Shown: positions 17,978-28,016, counted from the first letter of the stretch. The stretch is DNA of 56,363 nt from Thermoplasmata archaeon (GCA_035297125.1 DATGZQ010000023.1:1-56363); one strand, 5' to 3'. Numbers and translations: made by a program. The notes: generated by a model not told the origin, from the sequence alone.

Positions 17978-18832
17978 GTGACGGAGGACGTGCCGGCGGC
18001 GCAGATCGCGTCCCTCGAGGCCACCGCCCGTGAGATCCGGCGCGACGTGATCCGGATGACCTACGTCGCCGGGAGCGGCCACCCCGGTGGGAGCCTGTCG
18101 GCGACCGACCTGATCACGGCCCTCGTCTTCCACGAGATGAAGCTCGATCCTCGGAAGCCGGACCTTGCGGACCGCGACCGGCTCGTGCTCTCGAAGGGCC
18201 ATGCGGCACCGGCGCTCTACGCGGCGCTGGCCCACCGCGGGTTCTTCCCGACGGAGGAGCTGCTCACGCTCCGCCGTCTCGGAAGCCGGCTGCAGGGTCA
18301 CGTCGATCGTCACAAGCTGCCGGTGATCGAGGCGTCCACAGGATGCCTCGGACAGGGGATCGGCATGGCGGTCGGCATGGCCCTAGAGGCCCGCCTCTCG
18401 GGGCGGTCTAACCGGGTGTTCGCGATCCTCGGGGACGGCGAATGTCAGGCCGGACCCACGTGGGAGGCGCTGATGGCCGGGGGCCACTACCGGCTCCCCC
18501 GTCTCGTCCCCATCCTTGACCGGAACGGCTACGAGACCGACGGCTCGACCGAGGCGATCATGGGGATCGAGCCGATCGGTGACAAGTTCCGCGCGTTCCG
18601 CTACCGCACCCTCGAGATCGACGGGCACGACTTCCGGCAGATCCTGGGCGCGCTCGCCGAAGCGGGCCGCTCCACGGAGGGACCGACCGCGATCGTCGCG
18701 CGGACGGTGAAGGGGAAGGGCGTGTCGTTTATGGAGGGCAAGTCGTCCTGGCACGGGAAGGCCCCGTCGAAGGAGGAAGCGGAGAAGGCCCTCGTCGAGC
18801 TCGGAGCCCCCGGGGTGGTTCCTCCGCGATGA
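17978..18832 (+). CDS. tkt: Transketolase, N-terminal (TPP-binding) subunit
   Basis: [46 protein letters not shown]...WHG. Start is GTG 17978 or 17990. Confidence 0.93.
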   Translation: MTEDVPAAQIASLEATAREIRRDVIRMTYVAGSGHPGGSLSATDLITALVFHEMKLDPRKPDLADRDRLVLSKGHAAPALYAALAHRGFFPTEELLTLRRLGSRLQGHVDRHKLPVIEASTGCLGQGIGMAVGMALEARLSGRSNRVFAILGDGECQAGPTWEALMAGGHYRLPRLVPILDRNGYETDGSTEAIMGIEPIGDKFRAFRYRTLEIDGHDFRQILGALAEAGRSTEGPTAIVARTVKGKGVSFMEGKSSWHGKAPSKEEAEKALVELGAPGVVPPR

Positions 18833-19782
18833 CGGCCGCTCGGAAGACCGAGAGCCTGCGGGACGCTTACGGGAAGGGGCTTCTCGAGCTCGGGGAGCGC
18901 GACCCGTCGCTGGTCGTGCTGGATGCCGACCTCTCCGGGTCGACGCGGACCCAGCTGTTCGGACAGAAGTTTCCGGACCGGTTCTTCAACGTGGGCGTGA
19001 TGGAACCGACCATGATGTCGATCGCCGCGGGCCTCTCCCTCGAGGGGAGGACCGTCTTCGCCAGCACGTTCGCGGTGTTCGCGGCCGGCCAGGCATACAA
19101 CTTCGTCCGGCAATCGATCTGCTACAACCGGGCGAACGTCAAGATCGTAGCCACGCACGGGGGCGTCCTCGTCGGCGGCGACGGAGGCACCCACCAGATG
19201 CTCGAGGACATCGGGCTGATGCGCGGGCTGCCCGGGATGACCGTGATCGTGCCGGCCGACGCCCCGACCACGCGCGCCGCGACGCTCGAGGTCGCAGAGC
19301 GCAAGGGACCCGCGTACGTCCGGCTGACCCGCGAGAACCTTCCGGTCGTCACCGACGGCTCGTTCCGCATCGGACACGCCGCGGAACTCCGCGCGGGGAG
19401 CGATCTCACGATGGTAGCCGCGGGCGCCCTGGTCGCCCGGGCGCTCGACGTGGCCGAGGAGCTGGCGAAGGTCGGCGTCTCGACCCGCGTCCTGGATTTC
19501 GCTTCCATCAAGCCGTTCGACGAGGCGTCGCTCCTCCGCGCGGCCCGCGACACCGGCGCGATCCTCTCCCTCGAGGAGCATTCGGTCCTCACGGGCCTCG
19601 GCGCCCTGGTCGCCTCCACGACCTCCGAGAACTACCCGGTGCCGGTCCGTCGGATCGGCGTCCCCGACGTTTTCGGGGAGTCGGGGGAACCGTGGGCGCT
19701 GGTCGACCGCTTCGGGATGTCGGTCGAACGGATCCGGGACGAGGCTTGGGAGCTCCTCCGGCTTCGGGGGAAGGTTCAGTAG
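18829..19782 (+). CDS. tkt: Transketolase, C-terminal subunit
   Basis: [52 protein letters not shown]; ATGA overlap with the N-subunit. Confidence 0.93.
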   Translation: MTAARKTESLRDAYGKGLLELGERDPSLVVLDADLSGSTRTQLFGQKFPDRFFNVGVMEPTMMSIAAGLSLEGRTVFASTFAVFAAGQAYNFVRQSICYNRANVKIVATHGGVLVGGDGGTHQMLEDIGLMRGLPGMTVIVPADAPTTRAATLEVAERKGPAYVRLTRENLPVVTDGSFRIGHAAELRAGSDLTMVAAGALVARALDVAEELAKVGVSTRVLDFASIKPFDEASLLRAARDTGAILSLEEHSVLTGLGALVASTTSENYPVPVRRIGVPDVFGESGEPWALVDRFGMSVERIRDEAWELLRLRGKVQ

Positions 19783-19808
19783 CCCGGAGGAGTTCGGGGG
19801 GAGGGTCG

Positions 19809-20456
19809 ATGCAGCTGTTCCTCGATACGGCGAGCGTGAACGAGATACGGACTATGTGGGAGATCGGGATCCTCGACGGGGTCACGACGAACCCGACCCT
19901 CGTGGCCAAGGAGGGACGTCGCTTCGAAGACGTGCTCCGCGAGATCTGCGCCCTAGGCGTGCCCTCCGTCTCCGCAGAGGTCGTGGCCACCGACACCGAG
20001 GGGATGCTCCGGGAGGGCCGTCACCTCCGCGAGATCCACCCATCGATCTACGTCAAGGTCCCGATGACCCCGGCCGGCCTCCGGGCGACCCACACCCTCG
20101 GGAAGGAGGGGACCCGGGTGAACATGACCCTCGTCTTCAGCGCGAACCAGGCGCTCCTCGCGGCGAAGGTCGGCGCGGCCTACGTCAGCCCGTTCATCGG
20201 CCGTCTGGACGACCAGGGGCAGGACGGGATGTCGCTCGTGCGCGACATCGTGACGATCTACCGGAACTACCGCTTCCCCACGCGCGTGCTGGTCGCGAGC
20301 GTCCGGCACCCGATCCACGTGCTCGACGCCGCGAAGGTCGGGGCCGACATCGCGACGATGCCGTACTCCGTGATGGAGAAGCTCGTGCAGCACCCGCTTA
20401 CCGACTCGGGCTTGGCCCGGTTCCTCAAGGACTGGGAGAAGGTCCCGAAGGGATGA
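19809..20456 (+). CDS. tal: Transaldolase (short TalC/FSA family)
   Basis: FLDTA, GVTTNPT, SAEV (Glu), YVKVP (Schiff-base Lys), [10 protein letters not shown] (Phe). The Glu/Phe pair is the transaldolase rather than F6P-aldolase pattern. Confidence 0.9.
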   Translation: MQLFLDTASVNEIRTMWEIGILDGVTTNPTLVAKEGRRFEDVLREICALGVPSVSAEVVATDTEGMLREGRHLREIHPSIYVKVPMTPAGLRATHTLGKEGTRVNMTLVFSANQALLAAKVGAAYVSPFIGRLDDQGQDGMSLVRDIVTIYRNYRFPTRVLVASVRHPIHVLDAAKVGADIATMPYSVMEKLVQHPLTDSGLARFLKDWEKVPKG

Positions 20457-20502
20457 GGCGTGAGGGACCGATGGCGGCCGGACGGGCCGGCGGGGCGAGC
20501 CC

Positions 20503-20787
20503 GTGAGCGAGGCGTCGCTCGCCGACAAGTACATGCGTCTCACCCGCGAGGCGTTGGCCAAGGTCAGCCCCGCGACCCCTGGGCGCTCGTTCCTCCGCGG
20601 GGCGTCGGACGATTTCCTCGCGATGGCCCGGTCCTACCTCGCCGACGCCGAGCACTTCTCCGAGTCGGGGGACTCCGAGCGCGCGCTCGCCGCGGCGAGC
20701 TACGCGCACGGCTGGCTGGATGCGGGCGTGCGGCTCGGCCTGCTGGACGGGGGGAACGATGACCAGCGATTCACCTTCTTCCGATAA
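20503..20787 (+). CDS. DUF357 family protein
   Basis: FLAMARSYLADAEHF...ALAAASYAHGWLDAGVRLGLL. Confidence 0.85.
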   Translation: MSEASLADKYMRLTREALAKVSPATPGRSFLRGASDDFLAMARSYLADAEHFSESGDSERALAAASYAHGWLDAGVRLGLLDGGNDDQRFTFFR

Positions 20788-21412
20788 ACGGTCGGAGCCC
20801 CCCTCGGGCCTACCGGACGGCGTGCTCGCCTCCATCGAGGCCCATCTCCGTCAGCGGGAGTTGCGTCGCGAGGACCTGTACGAGCAGGCGCGCCGGCTTC
20901 GTCGCCTCGCCCAGGCGACCATGGCGCGGCTGCACACCGACGGCGCCGCCGCGGCGGACCTCGAGAAGGTCCGGCGGATGCTGGCCGAGCTCTCCGATTG
21001 GCTGCGCCGCGAGGGACGCGGCGACGAACCGCTCGCGCTCGACGCGCTGCAGGAGGCGGTCGAGGCGAGCCTTCTCGGCGCGATCGTCGAAGGGACCCCG
21101 CTGCCCGGCCCCGCGGAGCTGTCGGTCGAACCGGAACCGTACCTCCTCGGCCTGGGGGACACGGTCGGGGAGGTCCGTCGGCTCGTCCTGGACCGTCTCG
21201 CCCACGACGACCTCGCCGGGGCCGACCGCCTCCTGAGGCTGATGGAGCGACTCACGCACGCGCTGCTCCGGTTCGATACGACGCGCGCGATCGTGCAGCT
21301 GAAGCCGAAGCAGGACGTCGCGCGGACGTTGCTCGAGCGCACCCGGGGCGAAGTGGTCATGGCCCGGTTCCTGGCCCGGGTCCGGCCCACGGGGGACTCC
21401 GAACCACGATGA
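20759..21412 (+). CDS. Translin/TRAX-family endoribonuclease
   Basis: RREDLYEQARRLRR, QEAVEA, YLLGLGDTVGEVRR, LKPKQDVAR; ATG 20759 overlaps the end of DUF357. Confidence 0.85.
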   Translation: MTSDSPSSDKRSEPPSGLPDGVLASIEAHLRQRELRREDLYEQARRLRRLAQATMARLHTDGAAAADLEKVRRMLAELSDWLRREGRGDEPLALDALQEAVEASLLGAIVEGTPLPGPAELSVEPEPYLLGLGDTVGEVRRLVLDRLAHDDLAGADRLLRLMERLTHALLRFDTTRAIVQLKPKQDVARTLLERTRGEVVMARFLARVRPTGDSEPR

Positions 21413-22203
21413 GCGCGGGAGCGCGTCGGACGATCGGCGTGATCGGCGGCTCGGGGATCACCGGGCTGTTCGAAGATGGGGCGCGGAAGACCCACCGGGT
21501 CTCCACGGCGTGGGGCTCCCCGTCCGCCCCGATCGAGGAGGGCGAAGTGGGAGGGATCCGCGTTTTGTTCGTTCCGCGTCACGGTCCGGGGCACACGATC
21601 CCGCCGCACCGGATCAACTACCGCGCGAACGTCGACGCGCTCTGCTCGCTGGGCGCCGACGCGATCGTGACCGTGAGCTCGGTCGGCTCGCTGCGGGAGG
21701 AGCTCCCTCCCGGAACTTTCGTCCTTCCGAGCCAGTTCGTCGATCTCACGAAGCAGCGACCGACCACGTTCTACGACGGCGGACGGGTCTTCCACGTCTC
21801 CCTGGCCGACCCGTTCTGCCCCGACCTCACCCGAGCCGCGGCCGACGTGGGACGGGAGACGGAGACGCCGTTCTCCCAGGGGAAGACGTACGTGTGCGTG
21901 GAGGGACCCCGGTTCAGCACGCGTGCGGAGTCGTCGTTCTTCCGGCAGTTCGCGGACGTCATCGGGATGACCCTCGTTCCCGAAGTGACTCTCGCACGCG
22001 AGCGTGCGGTGTGCTACCTCTGCCTCGCGATGGTGACGGACTTTGACGTCTGGGCCGACCGCCCGGTGGAGGCAAAGGAGATCCTCGAGACGATGCACCA
22101 AAACGCCGCGCGGATGAACCGCGTCCTCGTTCGGCTGTTGCCTCGGCTCGGTACGATTCCCACCTGCGCGTGCGCGCACGCGCTGGACGCTGCCAGCGTC
22201 TGA
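21409..22203 (+). CDS. mtnP: S-methyl-5'-thioadenosine/purine nucleoside phosphorylase
   Basis: GVIGGSG, PRHGPGHTIPPHRINYRAN, EGPRFSTRAES, DVIGMT, VTDFD; ATGA overlap with translin. Confidence 0.93.
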   Translation: MSAGARRTIGVIGGSGITGLFEDGARKTHRVSTAWGSPSAPIEEGEVGGIRVLFVPRHGPGHTIPPHRINYRANVDALCSLGADAIVTVSSVGSLREELPPGTFVLPSQFVDLTKQRPTTFYDGGRVFHVSLADPFCPDLTRAAADVGRETETPFSQGKTYVCVEGPRFSTRAESSFFRQFADVIGMTLVPEVTLARERAVCYLCLAMVTDFDVWADRPVEAKEILETMHQNAARMNRVLVRLLPRLGTIPTCACAHALDAASV

Positions 22204-22212
22204 AGCGCCGGG

Positions 22213-22428
22213 CTAGTCGACGGGGCCGCGTCGGACGGTGATCGGGATGCGGCCTGCCGCGAATTCTCGCTCGGCGATCTCTACGGGGTCTACGAGCGTG
22301 GAGGGAACATCGATCAGGATGGGGGCTCCCAGCGAGACCTGCAAGGCACGCGCCCCGAGGATGCGGGCCCGCTCGAATCGGGTGTACTCCTCCGGTCCCC
22401 GGAGCCGAGGCGGCGGGCGGTCGGTCAA
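22213..22428 (-). CDS. rpoK: RNA polymerase subunit Rpo6 (RpoK)
   Basis: [25 protein letters not shown]...[20 protein letters not shown]. Start uncertain (TTG 22428, TTG 22470 or ATG 22503). Confidence 0.92.
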   Translation of the reverse strand: MTDRPPPRLRGPEEYTRFERARILGARALQVSLGAPILIDVPSTLVDPVEIAEREFAAGRIPITVRRGPVD

Positions 22429-22628
22429 GTGATCTTCCCCCGAGGCCGCTAGGCTCGCCGCGGCCGTCAAGGGCTCGGCGGACCGACGCACCCTACTTAG
22501 CATTTGCGTGGACGAAGGCCCGACCGCGCTGCCCCTGAGGGAGAACCATTCGGGCCGTCGCTCCGTGCCAGGACGTCGGACCTCGGGCCGCGAATGCCGG
22601 AGGATCGCGCGGCGAGGTCCGGCGTGTG

Positions 22629-23126
22629 CTACGAGCGAAGGTCCTTGACGAAGCAGACGCGGTCCTGGCCGATCCCGCTGTAGTTCGAGCGCACCGCGAT
22701 CCCGGCGGCCGTGACCGCGTCCCCCGGCTCCACCTTGAACCCCATCCGGCGGTGGAACTCGATCGAGGCTTGGTTGGTCGGCGTCGTGATGCATCGGACG
22801 TACCGACACCCGAACCCCCTGGCCGTTTCGAAGAAGCGGTCGTACAGGGCGCGGCCCAGGCCCCGCCCTCGGTACGACGGGTCGATCCCCACGAGATGGA
22901 TGTACGCCTGCTCGGGGTGCGTGGGCGAAACGAACCCGATCAGGAACCCGACGATCTGGGGCGGGGCACCGTCCGCTACGGCGGCGAACCCGGTGGTCTG
23001 GAAATGCTGGAAGAGGAACCGAGGCATCAGGTCGGCGATCTGCCGGCCGGCCCACCAATCGTTGACCACGGAACGGAGGTACGGGTAATCCTCCTCCCTC
23101 AGGTTTCGGATCTGGGGGTCGACCAC
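22629..23126 (-). CDS. GNAT family N-acetyltransferase
   Basis: [21 protein letters not shown] and [13 protein letters not shown]; GTG 23126 lies 26 nt below a CTTATC box. Confidence 0.88.
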   Translation of the reverse strand: MVDPQIRNLREEDYPYLRSVVNDWWAGRQIADLMPRFLFQHFQTTGFAAVADGAPPQIVGFLIGFVSPTHPEQAYIHLVGIDPSYRGRGLGRALYDRFFETARGFGCRYVRCITTPTNQASIEFHRRMGFKVEPGDAVTAAGIAVRSNYSGIGQDRVCFVKDLRS

Positions 23127-23285
23127 GGGTCGTCCGAGGAACCTCGGGCCCGATAAGATGCCCCTCGCACCCCCTCTCTCGATCCCGGTCTTCGGGACCG
23201 GCACCAGAGACCCGCCTCCTCGCGGAGACGGACCCTGACGAACGGACGCGTCGCCCTGGGCGAAGGTCCTCGTGCGGGGTGCGAA

Positions 23286-24005
23286 CTACGCGTACCCGAA
23301 CTGGCGGCGGGCGAACTCGGTCATCCGTTCGGGCCCCCAGGGAGGCTCCCAGACGATGTCGACGCGGACCGCCTTCGCGCCCGATGCGGCGCGCCCAGCC
23401 TCCGTGACCTCGCGAACGATATCCTCCACGGAGGGGCAGCCGGGGCTGGTCATCGTCATCCGGATCGTCAGCTCGCCCGCGTCGCTCCACTGCATGTCGT
23501 ACACGAGGCCGAGGTCCACGATGTTCATCGGGATCTCGGGGTCGTAGATGTTCTTCAGCGCCTGCCGGACGCGTTCCTCCGCCTCGTCGTGACCCTTCGA
23601 GGTCCCCGATCTCGGAGCGTGGGACGTCGGCGCGGGTGCCTCGGATGCGCCGGCTCCCGCGGCGGTGCGGACCGGCAGGAACGGACCCACGACCTCGAAA
23701 CCGGCGGGATCCATGTCGGTCCTGTAGCGGACCTCGGCGTCTCGGAGAAAGTGCTCGCTCGTCTGGTCCACCAGGAGGAGCACGCCGTCGACCTCGATGG
23801 GGATGTCCCGGTGGGACGGAAGGTCGACCATCATCTGGGCGTGAGGGTGCATGCCCCGTTCGACCCACAGCCGAACTCCCGAGCCGGACGGCCGGCCATC
23901 CAGGGCGCCGAGCATCGCTTCGCGCGCGGGCGGCGTCAGCCGGATGCGGAGTTTAGCCGCCGGAACCGACGGGGGAGGCGTGTTGGAGGAGGCGGGACGC
24001 GGCAT
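23286..24005 (-). CDS. Fusion of a Cys-less HesB/IscA-like domain and a DUF59 (SufT/MIP18) domain
   Basis: The N-domain IRLTPPA...[17 protein letters not shown]...GFEV has the HesB pattern; a Pro/Ala linker follows; the C-domain has [24 protein letters not shown] and [10 protein letters not shown]. Confidence 0.82.
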   Translation of the reverse strand: MPRPASSNTPPPSVPAAKLRIRLTPPAREAMLGALDGRPSGSGVRLWVERGMHPHAQMMVDLPSHRDIPIEVDGVLLLVDQTSEHFLRDAEVRYRTDMDPAGFEVVGPFLPVRTAAGAGASEAPAPTSHAPRSGTSKGHDEAEERVRQALKNIYDPEIPMNIVDLGLVYDMQWSDAGELTIRMTMTSPGCPSVEDIVREVTEAGRAASGAKAVRVDIVWEPPWGPERMTEFARRQFGYA

Positions 24006-24068
24006 CGGCGTTTCGGCGTAAGGAGGTCGGCGGAGGCATTTACGCCCTCCGGGCGGCCGGGCCGGGGG

Positions 24069-24941
24069 TCACCCGCCCGTTACGTCTCCGAGGAACTCGC
24101 GGATCGTGCCCAGGAACTCCTTCGGTTGTTCGAGGATGGGGAAGTGGCTCGAGCGGGCCAGAACGCGCAGGTGCGCCGGCTCGATCCGCTCGTTCATCTC
24201 GACCGACGGCTCGAAGAAGTAGTCGTACCGTCCCACGACGACCAAGGTCGGTGCCTCGATGCGGGAGTAGTACTTCCGGCCGTCCCATCGCGCGATCGTC
24301 CCGTCGACCACGAACCCGTCCCCCGAGCGGCTCATCATCGCCCGGTACACCGCCGGGTTGAGCTTCGTGGCTTTCCAGTCCGGATGAACCGACTTCAGGA
24401 ACCGGGACTGGAACGGCCGCTCGATCGCATCCGAGAGGGCGATGTATCCGGGGTCGGTGAACGCCCTCGCCCGCGTGAGCTCGCGGAGACGCGCACGCTG
24501 ACGCGGGGACGCGGCGGCGATCATCTGGCGGTGGGCGCCCCGCACCTCTTCGGCGCTCCCGGCGGTGGAGCATAGGAGGAGCGATGTGAGGTTCCGTTCG
24601 TACCGGTGGGCGTACTCGAGCGCCACGAAGCCCCCAGCCGAGTATCCGAGGAGGTGAAGCTCACGGATGTGCAGTGCCCGCCGGATCGCCTCCACGTCCT
24701 CGGCCATCTTCGGAATCGTGTACTCGGACGCTTTGCGGGGAGCCCAACTGTGCCCGACGCCCCGCGGGTTGAACAGGACCACCCGCAGGTTCGCGTTCGC
24801 GAGACGGAGCAGGCCGCGAAGGTAGTGGTACGTGAGGCCGGGGCCCCCGGGATGGACGAGCAACGTCGCAGGGCCGCCCCCTTGGGCGACGTACTCGAAC
24901 GACTTCCGGCCCGGAACGTGGACGCGACGGACCCTCGCCAT
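24069..24941 (-). CDS. Alpha/beta hydrolase, proline iminopeptidase (tricorn F1)-like
   Basis: HPGGPG, FNPRGVGHS, nucleophile GYSAGG, GRYD, SHFP triad; ATG 24941. Confidence 0.85.
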   Translation of the reverse strand: MARVRRVHVPGRKSFEYVAQGGGPATLLVHPGGPGLTYHYLRGLLRLANANLRVVLFNPRGVGHSWAPRKASEYTIPKMAEDVEAIRRALHIRELHLLGYSAGGFVALEYAHRYERNLTSLLLCSTAGSAEEVRGAHRQMIAAASPRQRARLRELTRARAFTDPGYIALSDAIERPFQSRFLKSVHPDWKATKLNPAVYRAMMSRSGDGFVVDGTIARWDGRKYYSRIEAPTLVVVGRYDYFFEPSVEMNERIEPAHLRVLARSSHFPILEQPKEFLGTIREFLGDVTGG

Positions 24942-25127
24942 CGACCCCCCGTAGCACGTACCACCCAAAAGTCTCGCGACCGGTCGAACGGAGCGGCTGC
25001 GCGGCGTTCCGACGCGGTTTCAGGGCCTCCACGGCCCCCACGGCACGACCCTCGCCGGCCATCCGAATGCCAGGCGCACCTCGTTGCTTCTCCTGGAGAG
25101 ACGTCCCCCCCGAGCAGGGCGAGGGAG

Positions 25128-25201
25128 TGCGGGCACCGGGATTTGAACCCGAGTTGCAGACTTGGCAAGCCTGCGTGATAACCAGACTACACTATGCCCG
25201 C
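25128..25201 (-). tRNA. tRNA-Gly(GCC)
   Basis: Acceptor GCGGGCA/TGCCCGC plus A; anticodon arm CAGGC-TTGCCAA-GTCTG; T-loop GGTTCAAATCC. Confidence 0.95.
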
Positions 25202-25448
25202 ACGAGGTGAATTTGTTCGGTACTCGCTCGGCTCGGGCCGCTCGCAAGCCTCAGGGCTCGCGAGCCGGTCCTGCGCCGACCCCCGAGCATCGTACCGCCC
25301 TTAAAGCCAACGCCGAACGACCTGTGGTCGCCCGCCCGACGCCCCTCGACACGTCGCCCGGCGGGCACGGCCGCACCCTTCCCGCCTCCCGGGCGCGGCG
25401 TTATTACCGAACGGTCGCCGTCACGAGTTCGAGGACAACCTCCGGCCG

Positions 25449-26219
25449 ATGACCGATGTCTGGCGCGAAGGGGACGTCGCGGTCCTCAAGCGCGCGGGGG
25501 CTCCCCCCCTCGTCCTCCGTGTCCTCCCCGGCGCCCAGCCCGTGGGCGTGGACGGGGTGATCGACCTCTCGGGCCAAATCGGCCAGGAACCCGGAGGACA
25601 GATCGTCTGGCTCGGCACGGGCCACCGGCTCCTCCGACCCTCCCTGTCCGACCTGTTCTCCACGCTCCGCCGCGGCGCCCAGATCGTGACCCCCAAGGAC
25701 GCAGCGTACCTCACCTATCTCGCGGGCGTCACGCCAGGGGCCCACGTCGCGGAGGCCGGCTCCGGCAGCGGCGCCCTCACGATCGCCCTCGCCACGGCCG
25801 TGGGACCCGACGGACGGGTGACGAGCTACGAGCGCCGCGGGGACTTCCTGGACGCCGCCCGCCAGAACGTACGGCGGGCCGGGCTCGAGAGCCGGGTCAC
25901 GTTCCGGGAACGGGACGTCGCCCAGGACGGACTGGACGTGAAGGGGGTCTCGAGCGTGCTCCTCGACCTGCCGGAGCCGTGGTCCGTCCTCGCTTCGGCG
26001 CGCGAGGCGCTCGCCTTCGGGGGCTCGGTCGCGACGTACACCCCGACGTACAACCAGCTCGAGCGGACCGTGCGCACGCTGCGCACACTCGGGTACGACG
26101 AGGTGCGCTCCCTGGAGCTGTTCGAACGCGCGATCCACGTCGGGGAGGGCGGGACGCGCCCCGAGTTCGACATGCTGGGGCATACCGGCTTTCTTGCGTC
26201 CGGGCGCAAGGTCGACTGA
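25449..26219 (+). CDS. trmI: tRNA (adenine-57/58 N1)-methyltransferase
   Basis: RRGAQIVTPKD, EAGSGSGALT, SYERR, LLDLPEPW, YTPTYNQ, MLGHTGFL. Confidence 0.94.
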   Translation: MTDVWREGDVAVLKRAGAPPLVLRVLPGAQPVGVDGVIDLSGQIGQEPGGQIVWLGTGHRLLRPSLSDLFSTLRRGAQIVTPKDAAYLTYLAGVTPGAHVAEAGSGSGALTIALATAVGPDGRVTSYERRGDFLDAARQNVRRAGLESRVTFRERDVAQDGLDVKGVSSVLLDLPEPWSVLASAREALAFGGSVATYTPTYNQLERTVRTLRTLGYDEVRSLELFERAIHVGEGGTRPEFDMLGHTGFLASGRKVD

Positions 26220-26221
26220 CG

Positions 26222-26998
26222 ATGGTCGTCCCTTCCCTGACCCTGGGCGGGCTGGTCGGAGTGGCCCTCTCGGGGGGGTTCGTCTACTGGGAGGTCGGGC
26301 GGTACTCGACGCCCCAGGTCCCCGAGACGCTGTTCGACGAGAGAAAGGAGGTCGCGGCTTACACGGTCGGGCTGTTCGTCGGCGTGCCGCTCGCCGTCGC
26401 GTACATACTGTTCGTGGACTCCATGGCGAACGGGGCGCTGCCGGGAGCGCTGACGTCGCTCGGGCTGCTCGTGGGCGGCACGGAGCTCGCCCAGTGGTGG
26501 CTCCTCAGGAGCCGGTACTGGGGCACCGGGCCGAGCGGACCGTTCTACGCCCTCGGCTTCCGCGCTGCCGTCGGAGGGATCCTCGCCCTGACGATCGTCG
26601 CGTCGTACCTGGGAGACCCGTCGGCGATCACTCCGGTCGGGCTTGTAGGGATGGCCGCCCAGTCGCTCGCGGTCGTGGCACTCGAGGTCGCCGGGGCCCT
26701 CGTTTCCCTACGGCGGCTCGGGAACCCCGACCGGCCCGGCGGCCCCCTGAGGGGAGCGTTGACCGGCCTCGTCGGGTTCTTCCTGCTCGGCCTCGGCCCC
26801 CTCGGTGGAGAGACCGCGGCCGTCGCGAGCGCGTTCCTGGTCTTCCTCATCGCCGGTTTCATCTACTACCGGTTCCGACCGCTCCTCGCGGAGATCCCGC
26901 CGCCCACCGGGGCGGCTCCTCCCCTACGGGAGGGGCCCACGCCCTACGGTCGCACCGTGTCGGAACCGGCCGACGAGGCGCCCCTGCCCAAGTCGTGA
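26222..26998 (+). CDS. Polytopic membrane protein, possibly a degenerate PrsW-like fold
   Basis: About 7-8 hydrophobic segments; ATG 2 nt after the trmI stop. TELAQ and FYALGF align only loosely with PrsW motifs. Confidence 0.7.
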   Translation: MVVPSLTLGGLVGVALSGGFVYWEVGRYSTPQVPETLFDERKEVAAYTVGLFVGVPLAVAYILFVDSMANGALPGALTSLGLLVGGTELAQWWLLRSRYWGTGPSGPFYALGFRAAVGGILALTIVASYLGDPSAITPVGLVGMAAQSLAVVALEVAGALVSLRRLGNPDRPGGPLRGALTGLVGFFLLGLGPLGGETAAVASAFLVFLIAGFIYYRFRPLLAEIPPPTGAAPPLREGPTPYGRTVSEPADEAPLPKS

Positions 26999-27021
26999 AC
27001 GCTCCGCCGCTCGGGCGGAGC

Positions 27022-27516
27022 TCAGACGTGGGAGGCCGTCGCGGTGGCCAGCGCGAGCGTGACCACGAGCAGGATCACAATGGCCACGATCAAGAGGATG
27101 AGCTCCGCGCGTCGCCGGTCGAGGTACCGGGCGGTGGCCTCCGCGGTGTTCGATCCCGGGTCGAGCAGCGTGAACTGTAGCTTGATCGCCGAGCCCACGG
27201 CGATCCCGAACGCGCCCACCGTCCAGAAGATCCCGGACGCGAGGATCCCGTACTGCACGCCGGCGGCGGTGCTCGTGGAACACGTGCTCGTGAAGCAGTC
27301 GGCCGGGAAGGAGCCGAACACGACCATGATGAGCGTGCCGAGGAAGAGCATGACCAGTCCGGCTCCCTGAGCCGCCACCGCGACAAGCCCCCACGGGACG
27401 GGTCGACCGGGATGCTGGCCAAACGATCCCGAGACCTGAGCGGGAACCCCGGCGATCGAGCCGGGTCGTTGCGGCGAAGTCGGCGCCTTTTCGTCCGGAT
27501 AAGACCCGCCCAGCAT
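27022..27516 (-). CDS. Hypothetical membrane protein (3 TM)
   Basis: Three hydrophobic helices and a CFTSTC loop; fills the gap between real genes. Confidence 0.65.
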   Translation of the reverse strand: MLGGSYPDEKAPTSPQRPGSIAGVPAQVSGSFGQHPGRPVPWGLVAVAAQGAGLVMLFLGTLIMVVFGSFPADCFTSTCSTSTAAGVQYGILASGIFWTVGAFGIAVGSAIKLQFTLLDPGSNTAEATARYLDRRRAELILLIVAIVILLVVTLALATATASHV

Positions 27517-27590
27517 CGCCTAACCCCTGTTCCTCTCCACACACCATGCGTCGGATAGGTTCTTAAGCGAAGCGGCGTGCCGCCGTCGGC

Positions 27591-28016
27591 ATGTCCCCCG
27601 AAGAGCCCCCGGTGCCTCTGGACCGTCGGCTAAAGCACGGCCTCAGGACCTACCGAGCCCTCGTCTCGGTGTTCGTGCTGGCGGTCGGGATCCTCCTCTC
27701 GATCCTTGCGGTGGGGTACTTTACGCCGGTCTCGAGCGTCGGGCCGTTCCCGGCGATCAATGCCGAGACGGCCCAGCCGACCGCGAACTACAATCTCGTG
27801 TTCATCGTCCTCGGACCGATCGTGGCGATCGTGGGAGGGTACATGGTCGGGGCCTACGCCATCGCACGCCGAAAGTTCGAGCACCTGATGCTGACCAAGA
27901 GCAAGGCCGAGTTCCTGCGGAACATACCGGAGATGGAGGACCTGCTCTGGGACCTCACTCCGAACGACGCGGTCCGCTACGAGGAGAAGAGCTCGGAACT
28001 CCACATCCGCCGGTAG
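27591..28016 (+). CDS. Small membrane protein, DUF3198-like
   Basis: Two TMs, then RRKFEHLMLTKSKAEFLRNIPEMEDLLWDL, which resembles the Thermoplasmata DUF3198 tail; CTTAAG box 24 nt upstream. Confidence 0.65.
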   Translation: MSPEEPPVPLDRRLKHGLRTYRALVSVFVLAVGILLSILAVGYFTPVSSVGPFPAINAETAQPTANYNLVFIVLGPIVAIVGGYMVGAYAIARRKFEHLMLTKSKAEFLRNIPEMEDLLWDLTPNDAVRYEEKSSELHIRR

